From Bugula neritina (taxonomy: Eukaryota > Animalia > Bryozoa), in assembly GCA_964035545.1 (NCBI GenBank), contig CAXIUT010000057.1, forward strand, positions 103,431-152,637: a stretch of 49,207 bases of DNA, in the 5' to 3' direction. This document shows positions 25,334-39,438 of the stretch, in pieces (the stretch's first letter is position 1; the number at the start of each line of letters is the position of its first letter). The position numbers and the translations under genes are program-made. A model generated the notes under the pieces. That model did no database searches. It saw nothing but the letters and a program-made list of their open reading frames with translations, and had not been told where the DNA came from.

Positions 25334-25433
25334 TTGAGTGGATATGAAATATTTTATGAGGTTTTATAGTTGTTAGTAAACTATAACTAACTTGATTAGA
25401 CTTGTAGATTTAAACATTATAATTTCTATTTCG

Positions 25434-26755
<1,322 letters not shown>

Positions 26756-26796
26756 TATATATGTTTTAATTATAAATAGTAACGCCTATATTTAAA

Positions 26797-28008
26797 ATGC
26801 AAGAACGGTTCAACTTAACACTTCCCTTAACGCTTGGCTTATAAACTATCAAAACATAAAAATAAACCCCTAAAAACATCCAAACTATCTCCACTATTGA
26901 CACCTAATGCAAAATACAAATAAAAACAAAAGATCTATTCCACAATGAAGACCAAAATAACAAATACTTCTCTATTGAATCATCAGAGCATCAAGACCGT
27001 TAAATTGTTATTCAATTGCATAAGACTTAAAAGGGTGTAATATAATTGAACAGACAATGTGAGTAATATTTGGCCTATCCTTTTAAATTATCATTGGTTT
27101 TGACTTCATCGATGTTGGTTGCTACTTTGAGCAAGATATCGGTGGAATTAAAATTATATTCTGTTTTGAGGCCTAAATTTGTAAATAACTAGTTAATGCA
27201 AAATTTGTATAAAAACAAAGAGCAATGGGGATTGATAACTATGGACCAGATGAAAAGAATAGTAGTAGAATCACAAAAAAGTTTATTTCCTGTTATTGGA
27301 TTATGGATAAAGGGATAACTTCCATCATATCTCCTTTTAAAGCAAATATGTTAATACTTTTAGATGCAAATATCAAAGAAATGTTTATTTGTTTATAATA
27401 CTAAAAAATATATATATCTTGCCAAATGTATCAATGATGGAAGGTTTCCCTAATTGTATTTGGTGTAGTGGATTTAATTTAAAGAGAGTATCACTAATTT
27501 TTAGTATAATTTAGTTGATATAAAGAATAGGGAAGAAATTGTTATTAAATCGGATTAGCAATCGCATTTGTAATTTACACTTCGAAGTAATTAAAAAATA
27601 CCATAAAAACTATCTAAAATATAGTGTTCTCCGATTTTGTTCTAAGAATAAATCCCAACTAGAAGTTATTAGAATGAATGCCCTGATTCCCCTAGATTTA
27701 GCCACCAATCGAATCCTTATCTAGAATTATAATGCGCTTCACTGAGAAGACTAGTGAACATTCAGCAGCAATAGATCAAATAGCTAAGAGCTGAGTTGTT
27801 GAGGGTGACTTATTCTATAAGTTCTGTTCAGTTGAAATCCAATAACAAACCATTGTGTTCGACTAAATCATCTAGGCCTGGCCTACTGACTGAGAGGGAT
27901 CTTAGTTTGTCGCCTTCGAATCCATCGACGAATTCATCGAATAATGAGCTTGTGGGTGATAATTAGGATTGGAATATACTTGATCGATTTTAGATAGTGT
28001 AGAAATGA
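26797..28008 (+). CDS. Protein with STIL N-terminal-domain-like motif and a short coiled coil (403 aa)
   Basis: Open frame. WGLITMDQMKRIVV...FPVIGLWIKG resembles the STIL_N GFLTMDxxRK...PLVGIWxSG motif. Confidence 0.6.
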
Positions 28009-28033
28009 TGTTTTTGATAATTATCATAGAAAA

Positions 28034-28759
28034 TCATTTTAGTTTATTTATTCGATGCTGTTTTAGCTATTTGAATAGCAAAGCGTTGGTCTTTCTGGCC
28101 TGCTATTATTGGTTTTTATTTATTTGGAGTTGTAGGTATGGAGTATCTCCCTTTGCTCTTAGCTTTAGACCCATTAGTCGAGACGATTACTCGCGTAGAC
28201 AATAGTTGTAGATGAAGTTGCTTCTTTTTGAGAGGGATTTTTATGTTTTTAGGGTGGCTAGGCTGAGCGATCCTGGAGGTTTTAGGATTAGAGGTTGGTG
28301 TAGAACTGATGGATCACGTCTGAATCTAGGTTTTTAGATAGGTCTTGGAGTTCTTAGTTATAAAGAAATTCCTCTGAGTTCGTGTAGGGAGACAGCTCTA
28401 TGATTTCTTTCAATATTGGGGAGTATATATTCTTATTAGTGCTATCCTCTTTATTGATAGAAAGTGACAACAGGTTAATTTTGATTGGCATTATCGTTAT
28501 GATGCTAATTACTGGGGTATCTGATATTTCTGGTATGTTTTTATCTACTTTTTTTTTATAATTAAACCCATGGTCCAAAATTATGTTGTTCTTTATCTTT
28601 GTTGTAGACCTAGTTGTCAAGATATTAGTAGAGAGGGTCATTGAAGATGGGTTGTGCTTTATCTAGTCGTTTTCTATGATGTTTATGTTATTTCATTTTA
28701 GATTTGTTTTTATTGATGACAGGTGCGTTTCTTTCTGGTTATTCTGTTCGAGTATTCAT
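28034..28759 (-). CDS. Hypothetical basic protein (241 aa)
   Basis: ATG 28759 to TGA 28034, open under code 30. Confidence 0.6.
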
Positions 28760-28792
28760 TAATTTTATGTAATCTAATAAATCAAAATAATA

Positions 28793-29445
28793 TCATTGAT
28801 TTTATGTCAATATATGTAACCTCTACTTGGCATTTACTAGTGCACTATTTAAATATTTATATCTTATTACAAATTATTTACATCTCTACAAATCCGAACT
28901 CGTAAAAAATATCTATAACTACTTCTGAATTTCATTCAATAAGGTCTACAAACGCTTTTTTATCGATTAAATCGACTTTTGATCAGCCTACTCGATCTCT
29001 TCTTGTAGCTAAAACATCTACTACATAAAAGCTCCTCCAGCAATGCTTGACTATTCCTCAACTGGCACTCCTTTTAGCTACATCAAATAGATAGCTCTTT
29101 GCAGATCATTGAGTAGAGTTGTTTTGGCCTTATTTATATGACTTGAATATTTTTACATATTTTATTTTAGGTTTGATCCGAGGTATTTATCTGGATGGAA
29201 CTCTTTTTGTAGGTCTCGAGCGAGTGATTTGATGGTTTATGGGTTGACTGTGTATCCTTATGGGCTGAATTTTAATAAATAGACATGCTGAAGATTTGGA
29301 AGTAGTTGATCATTCGATCGCAGGCTTTGCATTATGGTACTGTTAGTTTTTTTGAACATCCCTCACAATCGAATTTACTCAACCAAAATACTGACTTAAA
29401 TGAAAGGTTTTTTGTTATTTGTGAGGCTATTTGGGTTGATTTCAT
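28793..29445 (-). CDS. HSCB: Mitochondrial Fe-S co-chaperone HSC20/HscB/Jac1 (210 aa); one intron
   Basis: Presequence-like N-terminus, CEGC...CKAC zinc knuckle, NYFQIF, J-domain LQKEFHPDKY. Confidence 0.88.
29265..29284 (-). other. 20-nt spliceosomal intron
   Basis: gtctatttattaaaattcag. Removal joins NYFQIFS to the HPD frame. Confidence 0.9.
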
Positions 29446-29456
29446 TATTATTATTT

Positions 29457-29510
29457 CCCAACCCCAACCCCAACCCCAACCCCAAACCCCAACCCCAACC
29501 CCAACCCCAA
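29457..29510 (+). repeat. Internal telomeric tract, ~9 x CCCCAA
   Basis: Same repeat and orientation as the left telomere; one unit has an extra A. Confidence 0.97.
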
Positions 29511-29590
29511 AAAAAGTTAAACTATTTATCTTGAAACTAGCTGAAATATCTTTATTAATATCAGTTCAAATAGAATATAAGTATTTACAA

Positions 29591-30616
29591 TCAGTTGATC
29601 AGTTCATATTCTTTCCTCCTATCATTAATGATATTTTAAAGCGCATTGTCAATAAAGGCAGCAATGGTATAGGTTCCTCCGATAATAGCACACAATTTGA
29701 TTAAAAACACTCCCAAAGAGTCACTCTATGGGCTGACTTCAACAGTGAGCCCTCCAATGTGATAGTTGAAGTAGAGAGAAGGCATGTGATGTACTTAAAA
29801 TGTGTTATGATTGAAAGTATATTGGTAGACTTGTGTATCTGGCCAATATGGTATCACATAGCGAGTGGGTACGATGTCGAGATGGTAGTGACTGACATAT
29901 GAATGCGGCACTGATGACATATCATATATTTTACTACGTCCGTTGAGTTGGGATAAAACTGCTTCTGGATGATGTCGTTCGATGGTTGACATATTTTATG
30001 CGTCACCGAAGAAGAGATAGTTGATTTTGTGGGACATATCGAGAGTTTGTCCGATGTTTTACATCCTTAGTCTTGCGAATATGTTTTGATAGGCATGGCT
30101 GCTGATATGAAAGTTACCTGGTACTTATTTTACAGTGAAATCTCCTTTTAATCGACATCCTCTTTTTTATTTGAATGCCTGTTTTGCTAATTAGAATTGT
30201 TCGTTTTGGTTGGGGAATCTCAAGAGTTAAAAATCTTAGTATTAGCCATCGATGTAGCTGCCGTTTCTGTCCAGTCGGTACTTTTTGACTGAGGCGATGT
30301 TGGGACTATGAGAAAGCATTAGATCTTGGATATCTAGTGATATTATTTAGCAGGGGAAGCTGGGGCATTACTATATCGAGATGGATTCTTGGTAGATCAA
30401 GAGATACTTCATTTCTTTGCGGGTTACTAGTTGATCTGAAATGATCATTGCTCTGTAGTCTGGTTTGAGATAGTTTTTGAGTTAGATGAAGAGGAAGAAG
30501 CCGATGCTGAGGAGTGTGAGTAGCGAGATGAATCCTCCTCGATTGGTTCCTTCTGAAAGATCTTCTGGAAGCTTTTTGAAAATATCTAACTTTCTTACAC
30601 GACTGCTGAAGGACAT
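29591..30616 (-). CDS. ERGIC/Erv41-Erv46 family COPII vesicle protein; one intron plus an apparent 1-nt insertion
   Basis: LDIFKKLPEDL..GGFISL, PCEIISLDIQD, GCRLKGDFTV..VPGNFHIS, DMSHKINYLFFG, LDIVPT, CAIIGG. Confidence 0.88.
30388..30407 (-). other. 20-nt spliceosomal intron
   Basis: gtatctcttgatctaccaag. Removal gives the family-like EMKIHLDIVMP, but a +1 shift is then needed about 25-35 nt downstream. Confidence 0.75.
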
Positions 30617-30702
30617 ACAACAAATTATAACTAGAAACTAGTATCATTATCTATATCTATATCAATATTAGTAAATATATAAAGAGAATTATCACAAAGG
30701 AG

Positions 30703-31776
30703 TCATATTGAAGGAGGACATGAGTCTGTTATTTAGAGGTCTCCTTCTCCTAGTGAAATTTATTAGTGGAGCGGGGAGATGTTGGTCCAGGTTGATGATA
30801 GTACTTTTTTTGAGGGAAAGATGCAAGTTGAGTTAGAGAAGTGAGGGGTCGGAGGATGTGGATGTTAGAAGTTATTACTTTGTATATTTTATTTTCCTTT
30901 GAAATGGTTGTTCTATTAGTAGAATTCCAGTTAAAGTTTTGTTTGTTTTTTGGATTATAGTTATTTTAGGTCATATTTGTTGTAAATAGTTTATTAAAAA
31001 GAGCTGTCTTTAACAGTTTGATACTTCCTAGTTGTACTATGTTATTTTTGAATAATTGACTATTTGTTTTTATTGACAATAATATTTTAGACATATTTGT
31101 TGAGTTATTTCTCTCGATTAATAGTCAAAAAACATTCTTGGTTAAAATATTAGTTTTATATTTTGAGTAACTATACTTGGACTTATAAACTGCTATTTCT
31201 TCCTTACAATTCCTTTACCATACCTTTTAATATCTTATTTTCTAATTCTATTTTACTATTTCTATTTTTTTTTCTTTTTTATTATTTACACTAAGCCATA
31301 TTGATAGGACTCATTCTTTTGCTCTTTATTGGACTTGTTTCTATCAAACTATTATCTATATCACCTATATCCAAAGATTGTTTTCTTTGGTATTGATCGA
31401 TATGTAGCTTTTTGAATATTTTATCTGATTATCCAAAAAGTTGATTAACTGATTTATCTTACAATTCTTTGTTTTTAGCCATCAGCATCTCATTGACTTG
31501 TTGCTATTTACTTATTAATCGCTATTTAACAAGCAATAACTTCTACAACTTCTATATCTACTTCTTCATCTCCTCGATAAGATCAGATTGATATCTCATC
31601 TACTCCTGCATCTATTTTTGATCATTCTATATGCCAATAGATAGTTGCTTAGTAATCATTTATACCAGCTAAGCTAGTTAGCTTTTATTTATGGTCCATT
31701 GTTCTGATTATTTATGATTGTATTGTTTATTTATAAGTTAGATAAGTGTCTGTGGGTATTGCTTTTATGATTTCAT
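30703..31776 (-). CDS. Coiled-coil hypothetical protein (357 aa)
   Basis: ATG 31776 to TGA 30703, open under code 30. Confidence 0.7.
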
Positions 31777-31823
31777 AATTATTAACGCATATTATTAATG
31801 ATATTTTATAAAATAAAGGAGAA

Positions 31824-32831
31824 TCATTTCTTTCTGTAAGGCTATAACTTGCTCTAGCACATAGCCAGTTGCTTGGCTGCCAAATGGTAGTTGTTTCGAC
31901 ATTATATTAATAATTTTCTTAAATCTGTCTCTTATTATAACTTCTTTAACTCTTTCTTTATACCTTCTATTAACTGTTATACCACCTTTATTGATGATTA
32001 GGCTGTATCAAATTTTTTAGGACTGGGATCGACTTAATATATCATTTTGTTGAGGTTGTTCTTAGTGTCAGTGTTGAATTTCGTTTACTGGGTGATTGTT
32101 TAAAAATTTTATGAACTTTCTTTTAATCTTTTTGATATAGTTTGAAGAATCTATCTGCATTCTGGACCGTTATTTTTGCAAGCATTGAACTATATCTTTG
32201 ATACTTATAGATCTTTTGTGAGTTGATCGTGTTCTCTGGTTAGAATGGTATGATCCGTGTTGGAAGGATGGCATGCTGGACAGGGTTTTGGTTTAGGACA
32301 TGAGCAATCTTGGCAATCAGGGCATGTTGGGCATGCGATATTGCAGTTGTCGATTTGTTGGTTGAGAAGAAAAATTTGTTTGTTGAGCTAATCGATGGTT
32401 AAGGCATCTCCCATGATTTGTTCTTTTAGCTTTTAGTTGTCACTCTAGTAGCTGTCTCTTTGATTTTTCCATAGTTGGCATTAATGGTTCCATTTATTTG
32501 TGTAGTTAATAAGTTCTTCTTTGCACTATTGATATCTTTTTGAGCTTTTCAATAAAGAATTAGCCAATAAGACTGTTCTATTTTTACATTTCTCTAGATC
32601 CCAATCAGAACAGGTACTTCCTCTTTGTTTTAGCAGTTCTTCTACACTTGTTTACATTCTGACTCTTGAGTGTTAAAGTTGAGTTATATTGAAATCAGGC
32701 AAGAAGACGGTATCTTCGATGATGGAGGAAGGAGTGGGTTATGATTTGAAGAAGGAGTGGATGAGAGGGAAGAGAATGATTGCCAGGAGGATGGTCAATC
32801 CGGCGCCTAATTTGGATTATGTTGATATCAT
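31824..32831 (-). CDS. Membrane-anchored, Cys-containing coiled-coil protein (335 aa)
   Basis: N-terminal TM GAGLTILLAIILFPLIHSFF; internal CPTCPDCQDC run; no in-frame TGA found. Confidence 0.7.
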
Positions 32832-33067
32832 TAAATATTATTTATAAATTTTATTTAACACTTCCAATATCATTGCTTATCTAAATGCATCTAGAAACAT
32901 TTTTATTATTTTGATATGAATGCAAGCTAAATATAACTATCGTTAGGATAAATATCCTATTTTATTGATATTTATTAGATAGTATTGCATGTACAGATGA
33001 AATTGTATATATTTCTTCCATTAGAGTTCGTTACAATAAAATTACAAGTATACATTCATAAAAATAG

Positions 33068-33430
33068 ATGACTTGTTCCTTTACTTCTATTCCTCATCAT
33101 TAAAATATCCCTTTTTCTCCTTATACTCCTCAGCTCAATACTCAGCGCCATCCTCTTATGGCTCTAACTAACAATTGTTCCTCTATTGTCAATTAGGTCA
33201 AGTCTCCACTAATTGGGTCGGATTTATCGATCTAGGTGAGAGTTTTGGAGTGGATGTATGGGAAAGGGCTGCGGAGAGGTGATCCTAAGGAGATAAGGAC
33301 GGGTAATTTGGATAATAAGAGGCAGAATATAAGAAAGAGGAGTGATAATACAATGGATAGGTAGGTAAATAATGGCTAGACAAGTTTATTACAGAAAAGA
33401 TTGTATAAGAAGTTGACAATAGTGGTCTGA
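33068..33430 (+). CDS. Small hypothetical protein (120 aa)
   Basis: ATG to TGA open frame with higher GC than its flanks. Confidence 0.5.
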
Positions 33431-33564
33431 TTATTGATTTAATTTATTTATCTTTATTTTTAGCAATTTTCAAAGAAGAAATAATATCTAAATCTTCTTT
33501 AATTTAATACTTTTATAATAACTGAATATTAATTGATCAAATAACTATAAATTGATAAATTGAT

Positions 33565-34047
33565 TCATAATCTTTTTAGTTTTACTATTTTAATTGAAGA
33601 TTGTTCTATTTTATTTCTATAAAAAGGTTAATTCAAAATTATATCCTATATTTCTTATATCTTATTCTTGCTTTTATTATTTTTACTACTTTTATTATTA
33701 TTATTTTTATTATGATTATTTTTAGTATTTCTTTTTAGTTGATACAATTTCTAACTGTTTTTACTACCTATTTTCTTGCCTTTGTTCACCACTATTTCAA
33801 TCTTATCATAAGCCCTCTAGGTATGATACCTTCCTCTGATGCTAATCTAATTCTACAATGTCGAACACGTCGTTGGTCTTTTCGATCCATTTTTTTACGA
33901 CTATAAACTATGTGATATATTTAGATATGAATGCTATCTAGCTGATTCCTTTTTCACTGCTCGATTGGAGAGCGTGTATGGTTGTGAGTTGGTGGGCGTT
34001 GAGTTGTATAGTATTAATTTTTGTATTTGTTTGTGGTTATTTATCAT
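33565..34047 (-). CDS. Small N/K-rich hypothetical protein (160 aa)
   Basis: ATG 34047 to TGA 33565, open under code 30. Confidence 0.5.
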
Positions 34048-34060
34048 CGTTATAAAGATA

Positions 34061-35985
34061 TCAATGTAAATCAAATAATCCGAATATGTTTTTTATTTAC
34101 TAGTTATGGATGTTTTTCTATCCTATCCACTAAGGATGGTCTTTTCGGATTCTGTACCAAAGCCAATCTGCTAAGTATGAGTTGAATTATCCGTTTGGAT
34201 GGAATCCATCGCATCTCTAGTACATCTATCTTGGATCACCTCCCTATACTATCTTTCTTTATAAAATTTCATCGGCTGGAAAATCGTAGTATTGTGCATC
34301 GAAGTTTATAAATGTTTTTTATGTTAGAATCTTTTTGTATATTTTGCTTAAATTTTGGGCTCTTTCTGTTGCAAATTTACGAACTGTTTCATTGCTATTA
34401 AGCCATCCCCAGCATGGACTTATTTTCAGACAGTTAAGGAAGTCATACATCTATCCATATGTCACGTTCAAAGGATGAGTATCATTGACCAGATTTTAAT
34501 ACAAAACGCTTCCATCAGCTAACCCAAGTATAACTAGATGACTGCCTGAAGGTACCTATCTAAGATAGTGTTTACTTTGTTGTCTAGATAGGTGAGAAGG
34601 GAGTTGATGGATTCCTAGAATTGCAATTCTTTGGTCATGCTGTCAAAACTTTTTTTGCAGACATCGTTGCCAATCAGCTACAAAAACATCAACAATGGAT
34701 AGTCATTATTTTGATCTCTAGATAGAGCTTTGATGTTGTTTTTGGTGTTGCCTGCTGATCCGCCATTGACTCCGATGTTCTGGTAGTCGTTGTTATTACA
34801 CAGATTCCAACTTCTAAGATACTTGTAGATCGATCGTGAAATATAAGAGGTGTTGCGGTGTGCAGTATAGGTAGAATCTTGAGGCAGGTCTAGTTAATCT
34901 GCCAGTCGTGGAAGTAGATCACTGTAGGTGTTGTTATCTATCATGGAAGCATTTAGATATTTTTATGGGAGTTAGAAATGTGCTCCTGCTGAATCTCCAA
35001 TAACTGCCACTCCTAATCGCTTATAAGGCTTACAAAATTTATCTTAATACAATCTCCTTCTGTTATCTAGTCCGAAAATACCATTGCAATCTTGATCGAT
35101 CCACTTAGATCCTGTCTTTCTTCCTGGGTAAACTGTATTTTAGATCTAGTTGCAGTCGCTTCCTCTCCAGTGGTATCCTCGGAAGGTGGACACGTCTGAG
35201 TATGTATCGTTGTCGAGGTCGAAGACGGGTAGATGTTAGTTTCCGAAGTGGTCTTTGAAGAGGTGGACTAGCCAGGTCCAAGGAGAAGGTTTTTTTGTTT
35301 ACAAGATGCTGTTTTAGTTGATTTCATAGTTAGATAGTTTATTTTTGACTATTTTGCATTATTTATTTTTGCAGAGTCCAATGGTGAGACAGATTTTATC
35401 AGAAGGTTCCTTTTTAGTGAGAGTGGATATGATGATGGGCCCTGCGAAGTGAATAAATGCTTGGCAGGTGGGTTTGAGGTCACTATCAAAGAGGTTGCAA
35501 AGCTAATAACTAATAAAATTTGATACTTATAGTCGATGATAGTTGATATAGTTTTAAACGACTCTAAGTATTACTACGCAAATGGCACATTCGTTATCGA
35601 AGCCACTTGATACATCGGTTTATAAAGAGGAATAATCTGCATTGGTACATTTTTGTTTAATTTTTTATATTTTGGATATCATTAACTACATATATTACTG
35701 CCAGCTGATCGAGTTGGCTATCTTTACTATTTCTTGTAGTTATTCTTAGCAGTTGACATCATCTGTCTAAATAGTTGGCTATTTAGTGTTTAGTTATAGA
35801 TCTGAGTTTAGTATTTTGAGGGCGTAGTTGATTTTGATAGCGATTGAGAAAGCGTGGCTGGTATCGCCCGATTTATAAAGAGTTACCATCTTTTATAGTT
35901 ATGTTTAGATGTTTCTCAAAAGTTTTTGAGGTTTCGAGATGGATGTGGCAAGTAGTATGATTACTATTATGGCTTTTGCAAGCAT
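34061..35985 (-). CDS. AOAH: Acyloxyacyl hydrolase (saposin + GDSL lipase; LPS deacylase-like, 634 aa); one intron
   Basis: Signal peptide; saposin CAIC...; DLDNDTYSDVSTFRGYHWRGSDCN; GDSAGAHF; IGNDVC; DGFHPN. Confidence 0.93.
34556..34575 (-). other. 20-nt spliceosomal intron
   Basis: gtaaacactatcttagatag. Removal restores YLDNKVPSGSHLVILGLADG. Confidence 0.93.
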
Positions 35986-36125
35986 ATTGTAGTAGGATAT
36001 ATAATGATAATAAATCTAAAACTAATATCTAAAAAAGAATAACTTAATATATATATTTAATGGTTTAATTGATATATAATTTAGGATTAAATTTGAAAAT
36101 AATATCAGAGTAGTTATTATTGAAA

Positions 36126-37031
36126 ATGTAATAAAAATCAAGCAAGTAAATTTCAAATAAGTCAAAGCCAGCATTATGCCTTAAAGACAAAAAGTTTGTT
36201 CGTTCTTATTCTGGAAACCAATCGAAACAAATCGAATCGCCTCGTCATAATGGTCTAATAACAAAATCAATAACAAATAAATTCATCACATAGAATAACA
36301 AGAATTTGATAAATAGCAGTTAATGTCGTTTGAATAAGAGTATGAAAGAAGAGTGTAGTAATAATTTGGCAATGAAATTAAAAATAATGCAATTAGAGGA
36401 ACAATTGAATATCAGTTAAATATAGAAAAATAAAATATGTAGCTAGCTTTAGGAATACAAGAAGTAAAAGACTTGTAGAAATGGTGCTAAAGATTAGGTT
36501 TTGAAGGAGATCAAGGGGAATTCTGGACTAAAAAGAATGAAAAGACAAATAGTTTCGAGTAGATGCTAAACTGAAATGATTGATCTTAAAAATTAAAATA
36601 AAATCTTAAGGAGGGAAAAAGATCAACTGAAAAGTGGATTTTTTGAACTATAGAATCATATTGTTGAATTGAGAAAGAAAATATAAATTTAAAGATAAGA
36701 CCAGCTATAGACGATTATTCGACTAAAAAAATAACTTAAAAAGAAATAGGATGAGAATAGAAATTTGGATTTGCGTTTGAAGGTTTTTTTATCCAAATAG
36801 ATCAAGCAAGAGCAGGTGAAGCAGTAGCAATCGAAATAGGGTGTAAAGAATGAATAGTTGTAGATATTGAAGTTGAAGCATATAAAGTTAGTGAAGCAGC
36901 ATAACTAGTTAAAGAAGGATTATGCAGGTATTAAGAGAGTACAGCAGAGACACTAGAAAAACTAATTTTATACTATATCCAATATAAGATCTCGATCTGT
37001 GAGTTTATCTCTGAGTCCTGAACCCAAATGA
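36126..37031 (+). CDS. Coiled-coil hypothetical protein (301 aa)
   Basis: ATG 36126 to TGA 37029-37031 in frame; heptad-like. Confidence 0.65.
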
Positions 37032-37114
37032 TTGCAACTGTTGCGAATATGATTTAATTCGATCAAGTGAGAATAATATTTATTGATATCTAGTTATATT
37101 AAGAAATATCCGTT

Positions 37115-37393
37115 ATGGAACCTTTCGTCATTATTCGTAACTATAGACAGATTCGTGAGGAGTAGTTGATGGCTCAGGTGGGTTCTTTTGCTTTGAAGGA
37201 ACTTGATTCTAACGCCATCGGGTTGAGGGTGTCCGAGGGGAACAGGAGTAGATGTCAGAACTATTGCATTGAAGATAAATAAAATTACAACTATATTATG
37301 GATCATTAGAGAGAAGATAAATTCATTAAAAATATACCAAAACCCAATCATCGGCAGTTGATCAATTATGCCGACTATGATCTTAATTATTGA
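37115..37393 (+). CDS. Small hypothetical protein (92 aa)
   Basis: ATG to TGA open frame with elevated GC. Confidence 0.45.
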
Positions 37394-37505
37394 TTTTTGC
37401 CTATCTGTACCATAAGTTCAAGACCTTACTGTTATCAGTCGAAGGGATGTTAGTTTTAAGTAGTATGCTGATTAAATATTGATTAAATATGGTTGATTTG
37501 AGGGA

Positions 37506-38720
37506 TCAGGTGAGCAGGTCGACTGCATCTTGGAGCAGGTCATCATCGAAATCTTCATTCATGTGCAGGAGGAAATGCAGACTGATTTATTTTGGATCCA
37601 TTACTTTTTTTACATTTACGGTTACCTCATCGCAGTCTCCATTGGTGTGGTAGGATTGCACTACAATCGACCCATCCCAGCCTGGGAAAAAGAAATTCGA
37701 GGCATAGGCTCCACTTTTCCATTCTTCCCTAGCAACTATTTCTTAGGTCTAATTATTGATATAGTAGATAGGAGTTTTGAGTGTTTGTCCATCTTTATGT
37801 CTGAAGGTATGCATGACAGAGATGGGTCCAAGTCCAAAGCAGTCAGTAAGTTGATCGTTGTAGCAGTAGCCGTCTTAGGCTTTGTCTAGAAAGAACTTAA
37901 CTTATCTGATGGTTGCGTGAGTATTTCCTAGAGAAGTATCGATGATGTAGTTGTCTTGATAGATTCCATTTTTTTTGCATTTATCTTTGAAGTCCATTTT
38001 GTTGGAGAGGGCAACTAACATATACTGGTTAGGTTGTGTTTACCATAAATAGCTGATTTTAAGTTGCAAATTAGGTACTCCATATTCATTACCAATATTG
38101 TTTTTGGCTCTAACTGTTTGTAATTTACCCTTAGGATTATTTTTGAGATCGAAATAGGTAAAAACTAATTCTTATCCATGTTAATAAGTCCATAGTGCTA
38201 TTTTTGAATGGTTGTTTATTTTTTTATGTTAATGATCGTATGTCCACTAATTTTATTTTGATTCCCACTATGCTACGGGTTGACTGTCTTCGTGTAGATC
38301 TTAGTAGGAGTAGTAGACCAATTTGAAGCGATTGTCGTTGATTCCACCTCGTTATATAATGCAGAAGAGATTGGTTTAGTAAAATGTTTATATTTACATG
38401 GAACAGGTATCTTAGAAGGTGTATTGATGATTTATTTGTATGATCTTTTTTGTTTGTAAATTAATGATGTCTATCTTGTGTTAGGGGACGTTCAATACGA
38501 TGACTTATTTATCGTTTAGTTGGCCGAATACGTCGATTATATCTTTGTATTTTCTCTAGTAAAGTATCTTTCCTGAGGCATTCAGATGGACGATACTTTA
38601 CTATGTGCCTGGTTTGTCCATCCGAATACCCACGAAGGTTCCATTGAAAGCTGTAGCAAATTGGAGTATTTTAGGCCATTTCGGGTTTAGTTTTATCGTA
38701 GTAGTATCTTTCAGCAACAT
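37506..38720 (-). CDS. Hypothetical beta-rich (possibly propeller-like) protein (404 aa)
   Basis: ATG 38720 to TGA 37506, open. The fold guess rests on the pattern of short hydrophobic strands only. Confidence 0.65.
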
Positions 38721-38869
38721 CTATCAAAGAATTATTATCAAATTTATATCAACTAAGATATGATATTATTTTGATTATTTATGAGCTATTTTTTAAATAT
38801 GTCAATATACCAACTTATGCCTCTGATAATATTCAATCAGAATTAGTTATTGATAATAATTTTGAATAA

Positions 38870-39337
38870 ATGAATTGGAATCTGATAAATCTGATCATCT
38901 GTGGCTACCTCTTGGCTGCTTTAGTCCTTCTACATGCTACATTATTGTTCTGTGCAGAAGTACATTGTATCTATCCTTTTGATAAACCTCCAGTTAGTAA
39001 TGATCTAGGATATATGTTAAGAAATTTTATCTCTATCTTTCTACCGTTCGAGTTGAGACTTCTGCAAACGATTGCTCAATGGGTCATATTAGGTGAAGTG
39101 ATGCTGATAGTACTTTGGATACTGAGGCTGGTATATAAAATCATGTGGATGGTATTGTGGTCAGTGATAATATCGTTTGTTGTGATGATATTGTTTATGT
39201 ACTTTTCTAGTGATATTTTTGCGAGTCAGATTCAAGACTTGATGGTGGGAAAGGGAATAGCCACACATTAGCAAATTGGAAATTGGACTATGGCTAGTAA
39301 AGAAGCTTTTTAGAATGTTAAGTCGTATTTTAAATGA
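38870..39337 (+). CDS. Small multi-TM membrane protein (155 aa)
   Basis: Extends ORF 38870..39271 through TAG to TGA 39335-39337. Confidence 0.75.
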
Positions 39338-39438
39338 TAGATGTTGTTTATTTATTCGGATTTTAGTTGTTTTAAAGTGATTTTGTTTTTAAAAAGAATG
39401 TTGATGACTGATTTATAGTTTTAGAGTTTATAATATTT

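Noticed and set aside
29306-29704. ORF with a QPQPQP/TPTPTP repeat
   Set aside because: It is simply a translation through the internal telomere tract, antisense to two real genes.
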